A stretch of DNA of 64,000 nt from contig CBDCOZ010000003.1 in assembly GCA_965220085.1 (NCBI GenBank), positions 1,824,001 through 1,888,000 on the forward strand, read 5' to 3'. A program made the position numbers and the translations under genes. This stretch comes from Candidatus Oxydemutatoraceae bacterium. Its GTDB lineage: Bacteria > Pseudomonadota > Gammaproteobacteria > Poriferisulfidales > Oxydemutatoraceae. Under the pieces are notes generated by a model. It saw only the letters and a list, made by a program, of their open reading frames with translations, was not told the origin of the DNA and ran no database searches. Each line of letters opens with the position of its first letter. Position 1 is the stretch's first letter. This document shows positions 39,003-49,089 of this stretch, piece by piece.

Positions 39003-39776
39003 CTAGGCTCGGAGCCAGGATTCAAAGATCTTATCTCGATGATGCGCAAGGAACTCTGGATCTGGCGGATGTCTTGAGGGCGGCGTTATCTTCTTCCCTT
39101 CATAAGATTTAATAGAACTTCTCGCGTACATATCGTCTGACATATGCTCTGACACAACAATAGAGAGGTCTTCTTCGATCGTGATGAGGCCTCTGTCAAA
39201 TGCCTTGTCGTGCAGGGCAGAGAGTAATAACCCATTCGTCGGATTCAATCTGTTTCTCAAATCTTTATGCCAAGGCTTTATGTGACTGGCAACCAACAGT
39301 TTGGGTTCCGAAAGTCCTGTGATGCAGCATTTGCCACTATACATATTAATCATTGCCTCACGAAAGAGCCCTTGATTCTTACGTACATTCACTTCTGCTA
39401 CTGTGCTGGTTGACAAATCCCGGACTGACCTTTGTGGACGCTGACTACTGTCCTCCGGAATCAGCTTCAGGTATTCTTCGGCTTCGTTGCAATTCTTAAG
39501 AAACCCTATCCAATCTTCTTTCATTTCTTGCCAAACCTCCCGATCTTGTCTGGAAGCGTGAGAAAGCCCGCTCTTCCCTGCGGAAGTGACATCCGGATCA
39601 ATGCTTGAGAAATTGGCAAGCTTCATTGACAGAGAAGACGGCGTCCTCTCTAAAAGAGTTGCGAGTTTTATTATCTTGGGGTTGCGGCGATGGATTTTTC
39701 CAAACGGTATTACACGATAAAGGTAAAGCGCAACGCACAACTCTTCCCTGCTCCATTGCTTTCCTCTTCTCGCCAT
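39003..39776 (-). CDS. HNH endonuclease (putative restriction endonuclease)
   Basis: 'FR...Y..KCCITGL....LVASHIKPW......LNPTNGLLLSALHDKAFDRG'; N-terminal 'W.REEL..AL.LY..IPFGK'. Confidence 0.88.
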   Translation of the reverse strand: MARRGKQWSREELCVALYLYRVIPFGKIHRRNPKIIKLATLLERTPSSLSMKLANFSSIDPDVTSAGKSGLSHASRQDREVWQEMKEDWIGFLKNCNEAEEYLKLIPEDSSQRPQRSVRDLSTSTVAEVNVRKNQGLFREAMINMYSGKCCITGLSEPKLLVASHIKPWHKDLRNRLNPTNGLLLSALHDKAFDRGLITIEEDLSIVVSEHMSDDMYARSSIKSYEGKKITPPSRHPPDPEFLAHHRDKIFESWLRA

Positions 39777-39853
39777 CCGCGCCTACAACCCTCATGTAAT
39801 AAATCTCCTAAATAGGGTATTACAGAAAATTACCCCGAGCAATACAAATGTAG

Positions 39854-40384
39854 CTAGTCACCGGCGAATTCCATCAATGCGTGATACGCAAGGTCTTGCC
39901 CGGCAAGCTTCTCCCCGCCTTTGAGGTCGGGCAGGTCAATCAAGAACATGCACAATGCGACTTCGACATCCATTCTGCGCAAGAGCTTGGAAGTTGCGAC
40001 AACCGTGCCGCCGGTCGCGAGCAAATCGTCGACCACCAATGCGCGAGCGCCTTTTTTCAGCGCATCGGAGTGAATCTCCAGCGTGTTGGCGCTGTATTCG
40101 CATTCGTACTTCTCGGAGATCGTAGCGGCCGGCAGCTTGTTGGGCTTGCGCACCAATGCGAGCGGCTTGTCCAAGTGGTAGGCGAGCGTTGATGCAAAGA
40201 TAAAACCGCGCGACTCAATGGCAACGAATGCGTCAAACTCCACTTGCTCGCAACGCGCCCGCATCTCATCGATGGCCATCTTGAACGCTGCCGGTTCAAG
40301 CAGCAATGTTGTGATGTCACGAAAATGCACGCCCTTGACGGGGAAATCAATGACGGTGCGGATATGTTCTTTGAGTTTGGACAT
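39854..40384 (-). CDS. apt: Adenine phosphoribosyltransferase
   Basis: Motifs 'DFP..GV.FRDITTLL', 'ESRGF', 'RKPNKLP' and 'VVDDLLATGGT'. Confidence 0.97.
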   Translation of the reverse strand: MSKLKEHIRTVIDFPVKGVHFRDITTLLLEPAAFKMAIDEMRARCEQVEFDAFVAIESRGFIFASTLAYHLDKPLALVRKPNKLPAATISEKYECEYSANTLEIHSDALKKGARALVVDDLLATGGTVVATSKLLRRMDVEVALCMFLIDLPDLKGGEKLAGQDLAYHALMEFAGD

Positions 40385-40553
40385 AGGCTCATTTTACCCG
40401 CAAGTTCATTTTAGGAAATAATCACGAATGTCTTTTAAGCGATACTTGCAAAACATCAACTTGCCGCAAACAAATAGTTTAGAATAGATAGCCTTGCCTC
40501 TCTATGTTATGGGGCGGCAAAGCAAATGGCAAACGCATCAAGAGCGATACGAT

Positions 40554-41381
40554 ATGGGAACTTGTATTTATTGCAAACAACCGGCCGGCTTTCTGCGGCG
40601 ACGGCATAAGGAATGCCATCAACGCTACCTGCAAGGGAAGTCCGAGATTATTAGCCTCATCAGCCAAGTCGGCACAGCGGACGCTAATCCGGAGCAACTG
40701 ACCGACGCGATTAAGGACATTGCGTCATCCAGCCGTATCACCGACAAGGCAAAGAGGGAAATTCTGGCGGCGGGCTGGAAGAAAGCGGTTGACACGGCTC
40801 TGGCCGATGATGTGTTAAGCCCTGAGGAGGAACATGCGCTGATGGTTCTGCAACAGAACTTCTCTTTGACTCAACAAGAGCTCAATGATAACGGAGCTTA
40901 CACCAGAGTCGCGCAAGGCGCGGTAATCCGAGAAGTGCTCGAAGGCAAAATACCTCAGGCGATACAAACCGATTTTCATCCTTTTAACCTGCAGAAAACA
41001 GAGCAGTTAGTGTGGCTGCTCTCGGGGGTTGATTACTATGAAGAGAGAACTCGCACTCACTATAGAGGAGGTTCTCAGGGCGCGAGTATTCGCATCGCAA
41101 AAGGCGTATATTATCGCTTCGGCGGATTCAAGGCCGAGCCGGTACACACATCGGAGAACATGTATCTGGACACAGGCGCGATGGGGATTACCAACAAGCA
41201 CATCTATTTTGCGGGAGAATCCAAACGCTTCCGAATCAAATACGAGAAAATCATGGCATTTGAACCATTTTCAGATGGCATCGGCATACAAAGAGATGCG
41301 ATGACCGCAAAGCCACAAACTTTTATAACAGAAGATAGCTGGTTCATCTACAATCTGATTACGAATTTGGCGCGGATGTAA
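40554..41381 (+). CDS. Conserved hypothetical protein (N-terminal CxxC; C-terminal PH-like domain)
   Basis: 'MGTCIYCKQPAGFL'; 'GGSQGASIRIAKGVYYR...DTG...ITNKHIYF.G'. Confidence 0.65.
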   Translation: MGTCIYCKQPAGFLRRRHKECHQRYLQGKSEIISLISQVGTADANPEQLTDAIKDIASSSRITDKAKREILAAGWKKAVDTALADDVLSPEEEHALMVLQQNFSLTQQELNDNGAYTRVAQGAVIREVLEGKIPQAIQTDFHPFNLQKTEQLVWLLSGVDYYEERTRTHYRGGSQGASIRIAKGVYYRFGGFKAEPVHTSENMYLDTGAMGITNKHIYFAGESKRFRIKYEKIMAFEPFSDGIGIQRDAMTAKPQTFITEDSWFIYNLITNLARM

Positions 41382-41545
41382 GTCTTCATGAGCGGCTACC
41401 GCCAGCGGCGGGAAAGGCAATGGCGGCGCGGGTATGGCCTTTGGGACCTCGGCTACGGCGGCCTGCGCCCCAAAGCCGGACAGCGCCCCTGCTAGCGCGC
41501 GGGTGTATAATGGAACCGACGCTCAAACTGTAAGGGAGGTCGTTT

Positions 41546-42067
41546 ATGTATCAAGAAGTCTCATGGACAATAAGCTTGGTGTTGGTAGTCTTGGTGGCAA
41601 TCATCTTTGCCACATTCGCTCTCAAAAGCGCCGGCTCCGCAGAGTACGCGGGTGTTCAGCAAAAGGCGATGGGCGTTCGCAAGACGCTGTTCTTTCTCAT
41701 CCTTCTGATTATCGTCCCGATTATCGGCTACACCCTGACCAAGACGCCCTACCCGACTCCCGAGTCGGTAGCCAACGTCAGCAAGACGGTCAATGTCACG
41801 GCTCAGCAGTGGGCGTGGATTATTGATGATACGACCGCCAAGGTCGGTGAGCCGGTACTTTATAAGGTGACATCCACGGATGTGAACCACGGCTTTGCCG
41901 TTTACGATCCCGATTTCAACATCGTCAGCCAGACGCAAGCGATGCCAGGCTACACCAATGCGCTGAAGATTAACTTTCAGACCCCCGGCACCTACAAGAT
42001 TTTATGCCTTGAATATTGCGGTTTGGCGCACCATGCGATGGTCGCTGAGATTACCGTAACCGAATAG
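41546..42067 (+). CDS. norS: Heme-copper oxidase subunit II with CuA site (sNOR-type)
   Basis: Two TM helices; 'DVNHGF' and 'CLEYCGLAHHAM' CuA ligands; GGAGG RBS. Confidence 0.8.
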   Translation: MYQEVSWTISLVLVVLVAIIFATFALKSAGSAEYAGVQQKAMGVRKTLFFLILLIIVPIIGYTLTKTPYPTPESVANVSKTVNVTAQQWAWIIDDTTAKVGEPVLYKVTSTDVNHGFAVYDPDFNIVSQTQAMPGYTNALKINFQTPGTYKILCLEYCGLAHHAMVAEITVTE

Positions 42068-42076
42068 GAGATTGCC

Positions 42077-43513
42077 ATGAGTACATTAACGATTCCTGAA
42101 ACTGCTAAAAAGATGATCTTCACCTATGTGGGGCTGTTTGGCATAGTCGTCGTGCTGATGATGGCACTCGGCGTGTTGATGCGCGCAACCCAAGGCGGCA
42201 TGGTCGCACTCGGTGAAGACCTGTTCTACCAGGTGATGACAGCACACGGTGTCGGCATGGTCGGCATTGCGGGGCTTGGCGGGGCTGCGGTTATGTGGTA
42301 CTTCCTGCGCCGGCATGTTGAACTGCACACCGGCATGCTGGTCGTGAACCTGTTGTTGTTCTTAACCGGCGTGGTTTTGATTCTGGGGTCTATCTTTGTG
42401 GGCGGGTTTGCCGCCGGCTGGACTTTCCTCTTCCCGCTGCCCGGGCAATCGGCCGGAGTATGGTCTGCCGGAGCAGCCGTTACCTTTCTGGCGGGCTTAT
42501 TGATCATCGGCGTCGGCTTTCTGCTCCTGTTTCTGGATACCGGCTACGGCATCCTCAAACGCTACGGCAGTTTCGCCAAGTCACTCGGCTGGCCGCAACT
42601 GTTCGGCCACGATGACGGCAATGCGCCGCCGCCGGCAGTCGTCGCAGGCACACTGGTCACCATTATCAATACGCTGGCGCTCATCGCAGGCGCTGCGATT
42701 CTGGTGATGATGATTATCAACATTCTGGTTCCCGCATTCCAGATTGACGCGCTGTTTGCCAAGAACCTGATTTTCTTCTTCGGGCACACTTTCATCAACG
42801 CCACCATTTATATGGCAGTGATTGCGGTATACGAAGTGATGTCGGAATACACCAACCGCCAGTGGAAGGTCAACAAAGTTTTCTTAGCCGCCTGGACCGC
42901 GTCTTTGCTCATGGTGCTGGTCGTCTACCCGCACCACCTGTTGATGGACTTTGCGATGCCGACCTGGATGCTGGTCATGGGGCAAGTCATCTCCTATACC
43001 AGTGCCCTGCCGGTGATTCTGGTCACCGCCATCGGCACACTGGCAATCGTGTATCGCTCGGGCATCCGCTGGGATATGGCACCGTCTCTGCTGTTCTTAT
43101 CGGTCTTTGGCTGGGCTGCGGGAGTGGTGCCGGCGGTGATTGACGGGACAATCTCAATCAATCAGGTGATGCACAACACGATGTGGGTGCCGGGTCACTT
43201 CCACTTCTACTTGATCTTGGGTGTTGCGGCGATGGTCTTCGGGTTTATGTATTACCTTGCAAAGACCGAACGCACAAGTAATGACTGCATCATCGATCGC
43301 GCAAGCTTCTGGCTATATACAGTCGGCGGCACGATCTTTGTGATGACTTTCCTCTTCTCCGGCAAGGAAGGAGTTGCGCGACGCTTTGCCGTGCACTTCA
43401 CAGAGTGGCAAGGCTATGCAACGGTTGCGACATGGTTTGCGCTGCTCATCGTCATCGCAGCTGCGGCCTTTACAGTGCACTTCCTTATCAGTTTGCGACC
43501 GAAAAAGACATAA
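42077..43513 (+). CDS. norY: Heme-copper oxidase subunit I, sNOR-type nitric oxide reductase
   Basis: His ligands in 'MTAHG', 'FFGHTFIN', 'PHHL' and 'GHFH'. Helix VI has H-x3-N in place of the cross-linked H-x3-Y. Confidence 0.8.
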   Translation: MSTLTIPETAKKMIFTYVGLFGIVVVLMMALGVLMRATQGGMVALGEDLFYQVMTAHGVGMVGIAGLGGAAVMWYFLRRHVELHTGMLVVNLLLFLTGVVLILGSIFVGGFAAGWTFLFPLPGQSAGVWSAGAAVTFLAGLLIIGVGFLLLFLDTGYGILKRYGSFAKSLGWPQLFGHDDGNAPPPAVVAGTLVTIINTLALIAGAAILVMMIINILVPAFQIDALFAKNLIFFFGHTFINATIYMAVIAVYEVMSEYTNRQWKVNKVFLAAWTASLLMVLVVYPHHLLMDFAMPTWMLVMGQVISYTSALPVILVTAIGTLAIVYRSGIRWDMAPSLLFLSVFGWAAGVVPAVIDGTISINQVMHNTMWVPGHFHFYLILGVAAMVFGFMYYLAKTERTSNDCIIDRASFWLYTVGGTIFVMTFLFSGKEGVARRFAVHFTEWQGYATVATWFALLIVIAAAAFTVHFLISLRPKKT

Positions 43514-43530
43514 GCATCTTTGAACCCGGC

Positions 43531-44154
43531 ATGAAGGCTTTTGTGAATGCGGTGGTGGCACTGGTGTTCGCCGCACTCGTCTTATTCGCAGCAACCGACA
43601 GCCTGCAAACTTTCACCTCCGAAGGTGCGAGACGACTTGCGATCGAACAAAACCCGGTCGCACTGCCCGCTGTACAACTGACCGACTCCAAACACCGCCC
43701 GTTCGCACTCAGCGACTACAAAGGCAAGGTCGTGCTGGTCGATTTCATCTTCACTTCATGCACCAGTATCTGCCATGCGATAACCGCGAGCATGCGCGCG
43801 TTGCACGAGGCTTTGCGCGCCGATGCTTTGCGCGATGATGTGGCGCTACTGACGATCAGCTTTGATTCAAAACGCGATACGCCCGAAGCGCTGGCGCGCT
43901 ATGCCCGCTCCGCCAAGGCCGATACCAAGTCATGGCGCTTTGCCACCGTGCGCGATGATGCGCAACTGCAAACATTGCTGGATGCCTTCGGTGTCGTCGT
44001 CATCCCCGCACCCGATGGCCAGTTTGAACACAACGGGGCGATTCACTGGATCAACCCCGAAGGCAAGCTCGCAAAAGTGTATGACTATCAAGCGAGTGCG
44101 GGCATCCTCAAAGACCTGCAAGCCATGCAACGAAACATTGCCGATGCCGTTTAA
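43531..44154 (+). CDS. senC: SCO1/SenC copper chaperone
   Basis: 'DFIFTSCTSIC' (CxxxC), 'ISFD..RDTPE.L..Y' and a distal His in 'FEHN'. Confidence 0.88.
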   Translation: MKAFVNAVVALVFAALVLFAATDSLQTFTSEGARRLAIEQNPVALPAVQLTDSKHRPFALSDYKGKVVLVDFIFTSCTSICHAITASMRALHEALRADALRDDVALLTISFDSKRDTPEALARYARSAKADTKSWRFATVRDDAQLQTLLDAFGVVVIPAPDGQFEHNGAIHWINPEGKLAKVYDYQASAGILKDLQAMQRNIADAV

Positions 44155-44716
44155 GCCGGGTGCGAAGCATTTGTGGCTTGCGCTACCCGCCGCCCTGCTC
44201 GCACTCGCCACACCAACGGCAAGGGGCCTGCTTGAGCAGTCAATGCTCAGTCACATCCTCATCCAGTTGCCGCTGCTCGCCCTGCTCGGCGGATGGGCGG
44301 CACTGCGCATTGCCGATGCATATCGCATACAGCTTGCCTATCACCACGCATTGCCGCTGGTTATCCTCGCACTGACCACCGCCATGTTCTGGATGATTCC
44401 AAAGTCCATTGACGCAGCGCTTGAGAGCGAGGCGTATGCCGCAGGCAAGTTCATATCGCTACCGCTATTGCTTGGCGCACCACTGGCACTTGGCTGGCGC
44501 CATGTCGGGGCGATTACCCGCGCATTCGTCATCGCCAACCTGCTGAGCATGCTCATCGTGCTCGGCTGGCTCTACATTGAAGCGCCGGTGCGCCTTTGCA
44601 ACTACTACCTGATTAACGAACAGCAACTGCTGGGGCAAGCGATGTTATATATAGGTGCGAGCATTGCTCTGCTGTATACCGTGCGCGTGTTCGCGGGGAG
44701 TCGCGGCGACACTTAA
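44144..44716 (+). CDS. Membrane protein typical of norSY-senC clusters (orf1; CtaG-like)
   Basis: Multiple TM segments; 'LEQSM..H...QLPLL', 'FWMIP...D' and 'P.RLCNYY'. Confidence 0.7.
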   Translation: MPFKPGAKHLWLALPAALLALATPTARGLLEQSMLSHILIQLPLLALLGGWAALRIADAYRIQLAYHHALPLVILALTTAMFWMIPKSIDAALESEAYAAGKFISLPLLLGAPLALGWRHVGAITRAFVIANLLSMLIVLGWLYIEAPVRLCNYYLINEQQLLGQAMLYIGASIALLYTVRVFAGSRGDT

Positions 44717-44724
44717 ATATCGGA

Positions 44725-44946
44725 TTATCGCACCCGACTGACATTGCTGAGGACAAATCTGCGCACTCGCATCGGTTCGCAAGAACTAAGCCGCTCAGTC
44801 TTGTATTCGCGAAAGGCGCTCAGGGGCAACGATTTGTCAGAACTTATATCCGGTTCCTCGTCGGTCGCGGACAAGGTTCGGCGAATGGTCGGATAACAAT
44901 CGCGTATTAAGACAAAAAAGCCAGTGTCGAGAATATATTGTGTCAT
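44725..44946 (-). pseudogene. Truncated PIN/DUF4411-like gene
   Basis: Begins 'MTQYILDTGFF...YP', coupled by ATGA to the XRE-IrrE gene, then loses resemblance and stops at 73 aa. Confidence 0.5.
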
Positions 44947-46085
44947 ATCGGATAATAGCGGTGGAACACATCTTCAAGGCCTGCTATGGATTTGGCTTTG
45001 ATGTCAAGATAATCTGCTAACTGTCGTTGGGTGATACGGTTCTGATAATATTGCTCAAAGACAAGCCCCATATACTTGTGGCCTAGGTACGCTTGCTGGG
45101 TGTTGTAATAATCTCCCCCGCTGCCTCCTCCTCGGAAAAACTTTCTCCCCCTAATGCTGCGTTTATAATTTTCGTCAGAAATAAGTTTCTTATCAAGAAA
45201 TTTTCGTAAGATAACTTCAAAACTTACATTATAGGTTTTCGCTAAATTTTCTATATCTGCATCATCGGGCAAATGTGCATAGTCTTTTAATTCATCATCC
45301 GGCACTAAAAAATTTCCTGCAAAGGAATTGCAGAACACTTCTTCGGCCTGATAGCTGCCGCTCCAATCAGTCGTATTGCGAAAATCAACGCCCGCTTTGC
45401 CGGTCAATAAGTGCCCCAACTCATGAAACAAAGTGAATATTTGACGTTGATCGGGCTGACTATTATTAACGTAGATAACCGGAAATGCTTCGTCATACAC
45501 ACAAAATCCACAATATGCATCATCATTAAAAGCCTCTTTGAATACCCATACCCCCAAGCCTTCCAGCGCGGCCCTCCATCTTTTGAAGGCGGTTGCCGCA
45601 TCCCCCCATTTGCGTTGCTCGTCTATTGAGATGCCAACCCGTTTGCGAATGCGAGCAGCCAAACTTTTAGGGGATTCGGATGCCGTTGCATGCGATGCTG
45701 TGATCGGTGTTTGAATCGGATTCCCGCTATGAAGCTCAGATAACCCTATCTGCCTTGCTTTTGCTTTTCTCACAAGATAGCGAATATGAGGAGGGGTATC
45801 TTGGGCAATGTGTTGTGGCAACGCGCGAAGATCATTTTCAATAGGCTCTTCTTCCGGCGGGGCCGGAAAAAAGAACAAAGCAATTGGCCGCTTGTATAGA
45901 TTGGCCAGTTTCTCAAGTTGGGAATAAGTTGGTTGCGACTCGCCGGACTCCCATTGGCGAATAGTATTTGGCGTTACTTTTTTCGCTGAAAATTTATCAG
46001 CAACAATGGCCTCTTCATAACCGCTGGTTTCCCTTGCCCATGCCAGCACAGACGGTGTCACAGGGCATTGATTTTGCGAGCTCAT
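44943..46085 (-). CDS. XRE HTH + ImmA/IrrE metallopeptidase
   Basis: HTH 'L.WARE..G...WESGE..PT..QLEKLA..YKRP...FF'; 'FTLFHELGH'; 'E.FCN.FAG.FLVP'. Confidence 0.9.
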   Translation of the reverse strand: MSSQNQCPVTPSVLAWARETSGYEEAIVADKFSAKKVTPNTIRQWESGESQPTYSQLEKLANLYKRPIALFFFPAPPEEEPIENDLRALPQHIAQDTPPHIRYLVRKAKARQIGLSELHSGNPIQTPITASHATASESPKSLAARIRKRVGISIDEQRKWGDAATAFKRWRAALEGLGVWVFKEAFNDDAYCGFCVYDEAFPVIYVNNSQPDQRQIFTLFHELGHLLTGKAGVDFRNTTDWSGSYQAEEVFCNSFAGNFLVPDDELKDYAHLPDDADIENLAKTYNVSFEVILRKFLDKKLISDENYKRSIRGRKFFRGGGSGGDYYNTQQAYLGHKYMGLVFEQYYQNRITQRQLADYLDIKAKSIAGLEDVFHRYYPI

Positions 46086-46311
46086 GTGTTGGCTTCCGAT
46101 AAGATGTCTAATATTCTACAAGAAGAAAGAGGTCTGGCAGACAAATCAGGCTTAATATTTCGTATCATCAATCTTGGAACATGAGAGCAATCAATATTCC
46201 GCTGCTTTGTTGGGCGCATCCTTTTCTTCTAAGGACTGTCTCCGCTTGCTTGGCAGTTCTGACAGGGGCAATGGCATCGTGTTGCTTTCTTATGGGAATT
46301 GCGCTCCGCTC

Positions 46312-46659
46312 TTACTCCGTTTCCTCCCGCAACACCCGCTTAAACCTCTCCGGGTCTCTAAAATAAACTTTGGCATTTTCTACAACGCGTCTTAGCAACT
46401 CCCTGTCCTCCGGGGACATCTCTTGCACTTCGAGCAACTCCTTTATCTTGTTCTCGTCAAACTCGCCGTACAACCGACCGATAGCGGCATTCAAGAATGC
46501 GGGAGTTAAAACAGAAACATTCCGGAACGATAAGACCGTCTTCTTCTCCGCGCCTATCGCCGCTTGCAGACGGTCATAAACTTTTTGCCCGTCATCAGAC
46601 GCAACACATAAGTCGCCGCCCACTGCTTCATACACGGATATTTCAAGTTCATTTTCCAT
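46312..46659 (-). CDS. STAS-like (DUF4325-type) protein
   Basis: 'CVASDDGQKVY...LSF.NV..LT.AFLNAAIG.LYG'. Only a short C-terminal remnant (..SYKLSSKPNPQDIF*) of an upstream gene precedes it. Confidence 0.75.
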   Translation of the reverse strand: MENELEISVYEAVGGDLCVASDDGQKVYDRLQAAIGAEKKTVLSFRNVSVLTPAFLNAAIGRLYGEFDENKIKELLEVQEMSPEDRELLRRVVENAKVYFRDPERFKRVLREETE

Positions 46660-46887
46660 AACGTTACCTCAGAAAATATCTTGGGGATTTGGTTTAGAAC
46701 TAAGTTTATACGATATCAATGTCTTCAAAGAGGAAGCGCTCAGTTTGTGCATGTAACTGCGCCAATGTCTGAAAACCTTGCACATCATGCCGAATACTCT
46801 GCAGAGTTATTTTCATAGCGCGACCTCTAACAGACCCATAGTGCTGTCGCTGAAATATTTGTTCTCTTATGCAAGAAGAGCAGAAAA

Positions 46888-47622
46888 TCAGGATCCCGTG
46901 CCATTGATATCCGCCTCCTCTTTTTTCCGCTTTTTACCTTTACCTAATTTGGTGACTTTAGCTAATTGTTGACTGCGTTTCTCTCTGTCAATGTACCACA
47001 TCTCAACAAGCAGATGAAGCAGGCTAACAAGGGCTTGAGCATCATCCGCCGTGACATCTACAATCGTTTCGGGATGGGCGCCAACAAGGGCTTGAGCATC
47101 ATCCGCCGTAACATCTGCAATCGTTTCGGGATGAGCACCTATATTTCCGATATTTTTCAGGCCTAGCAAGGCTTGATATACTTCATTTCCTACATCGCTC
47201 TGGATAGCTTCAATCTCTTTATACAGGTTATTTTTGTTTATGTCCCAAAAATCACGAATCATTCCTTGCAAGCAACGGCGTGCCAGAGCAGCCGACGCCT
47301 TAGGGCTGTCCTCTAAAATAAGGCAAGCCTCTTCATAATCGTCACGGATCTTCTTGGGAATATAATCTGGCCAAGGCTTTGCCGAACTCCTAGGAACCAA
47401 TCGCTTGCGCACTAGTTTACCACCTTCCTCAGGGGAGTACGTGAACCATAGGCTTTCTTTGTTGCAGACAGCATTCGCACACCGAAGAACTACACAGGAT
47501 ACATTTTCTCCGTGAAAGAAGATATTCTGATGACCATAGGTGTAAAAAGATCGGTTCCGCAACGTGCTAACAGCAACTTTAAATCCACAGTGAGGACACT
47601 CTATATTGTCTATTGTGTTCAT
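46888..47622 (-). CDS. DUF4145 (HEPN-like) protein with an N-terminal Zn ribbon and an internal 19-aa duplication
   Basis: 'CPHC..C...C'; 'IP..IRDDYEEAC.I...SPKASA.LARRCLQGMIRDFW'; 'IGNIGAH'. Confidence 0.85.
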   Translation of the reverse strand: MNTIDNIECPHCGFKVAVSTLRNRSFYTYGHQNIFFHGENVSCVVLRCANAVCNKESLWFTYSPEEGGKLVRKRLVPRSSAKPWPDYIPKKIRDDYEEACLILEDSPKASAALARRCLQGMIRDFWDINKNNLYKEIEAIQSDVGNEVYQALLGLKNIGNIGAHPETIADVTADDAQALVGAHPETIVDVTADDAQALVSLLHLLVEMWYIDREKRSQQLAKVTKLGKGKKRKKEEADINGTGS

Positions 47623-47730
47623 AGTGTTATCTCCTTAATAGTCATGGCGGCGTTGCAAAGATGTCAACTTATTCACATTGCGGATTTCGGCATCTGTTGC
47701 TGAAGGACTGATATATTAACTAACTATATA

Positions 47731-49089
47731 CTAAAACTCAACTAACCTTAATTCCTCAAGCCTAATTGCCATAGCTTCAACTGACACATTAAAGAAATCT
47801 GCCAATGAGAATTCATAATGCCGATAGTTATAGCTCTTGCACCCAGCCAAGAGCTTAGTTAACCCTCTCAGGTTTCGAACTTTCCTCCTCAAACCCTCAG
47901 AACTTTCTCCAGAAGACAATGCAAAAGTAGTTGCCTCATTAATAACGAACTTGTCTGTCAAAAATATAGCCTTAAAAGATCTTCGCACTCTTTCTGGCGA
48001 CATGAGAAAGCATGCCGCAAATTTATCTGCTTCCTGCTCAATATGATTTCGCCTTTTTTGAGTACGTGAACCATCAAGTGGGCGATCACGATGCAAGCCG
48101 CTAATGTTGTGTAACAGTGCATGCCCCAATTCATGAGCAGCAGTAAAGTTTCTAATCGGACTAGAAAATTGTGACGATATGTAAACACGATATTCCTTTT
48201 TATCAATCAGACCAGCCACTTCTTGTTGGTTATGCTCTCCTAATGGTTCTTTGTCGTGTACCTCGTATTTAAAAAGCCTAAATGCATCCAAAGCAGGCAT
48301 CATTCTTCGTTCATTAGTACTTTGATTTAGGTTATCGATTACATCTTGTAGACTAATAGCAATATCTTCTATTTGCTTATCAGAGAATCGTGCGCTAGGC
48401 TTATAGTCATATTTCATTGAGCGAAGAGACTTCTCCTCTTGAAGCTTTCTGAGAACATCGCCTGCCCTGCTCTGCGCTTTGTTTAAGCGTCGTTTCAGAA
48501 AATCAGCCTTTTGCATCACCCCTGCCAACCAGTCTCCATCCTCCCACCACAGCACATCTCTATAGCATCCCAGATTCAGATTGACAACTGCCAACGCACT
48601 TAAAGCTCCTGACGTTGCAGAATTATTTGCCACACTTGCATCCCCGCGTACTGCTCTATATCCTTTCTCAAATATACCTTCTCCATACTCTGCTAGCTCT
48701 ACACACAAGTTTGCAATCTCAAGAACTGTTTCCGTTGCACCTTTAAGTGCTTCTAGATTCATTCTTTGCAAACAACATCCCAAGTCCTGATTCTTTACTC
48801 TATCTCGCATTGATCGTGCCTGAAAAACACGGTCAAACTGGTCGGCATCCCTCTGAAAAGCCTCCTCTAGTGATGGTTTAATCTTGTCGATTTCAGTCTC
48901 AATTTCCTGTAATTTAGGGTCTATTTCCTGATTTTTTCTTTCCTTATGTTCTCGTGTAATTTTTATTACTGTTTGAATTAAAGCACAAGATAGTAGCCCA
49001 CTCAATGCAACAGCTGATCCAGCCCCTGGTATATGTTTGCCTGCTGCAAACTCTTCAAGCAACTGGTTAGTAGGAAGATTTATCATCAT
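47731..49089 (-). CDS. Cyclodeaminase/cyclohydrolase (FTCD_C)-like domain fused to an ImmA/IrrE peptidase
   Basis: N-terminal 'LLEEFAAGKHIPGAGSAVAL...D...F....A...GDA...VNLNL'; C-terminal 'NFTAAHELGH.LLH...EQEADKFAACFLM'. Confidence 0.8.
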   Translation of the reverse strand: MMINLPTNQLLEEFAAGKHIPGAGSAVALSGLLSCALIQTVIKITREHKERKNQEIDPKLQEIETEIDKIKPSLEEAFQRDADQFDRVFQARSMRDRVKNQDLGCCLQRMNLEALKGATETVLEIANLCVELAEYGEGIFEKGYRAVRGDASVANNSATSGALSALAVVNLNLGCYRDVLWWEDGDWLAGVMQKADFLKRRLNKAQSRAGDVLRKLQEEKSLRSMKYDYKPSARFSDKQIEDIAISLQDVIDNLNQSTNERRMMPALDAFRLFKYEVHDKEPLGEHNQQEVAGLIDKKEYRVYISSQFSSPIRNFTAAHELGHALLHNISGLHRDRPLDGSRTQKRRNHIEQEADKFAACFLMSPERVRRSFKAIFLTDKFVINEATTFALSSGESSEGLRRKVRNLRGLTKLLAGCKSYNYRHYEFSLADFFNVSVEAMAIRLEELRLVEF

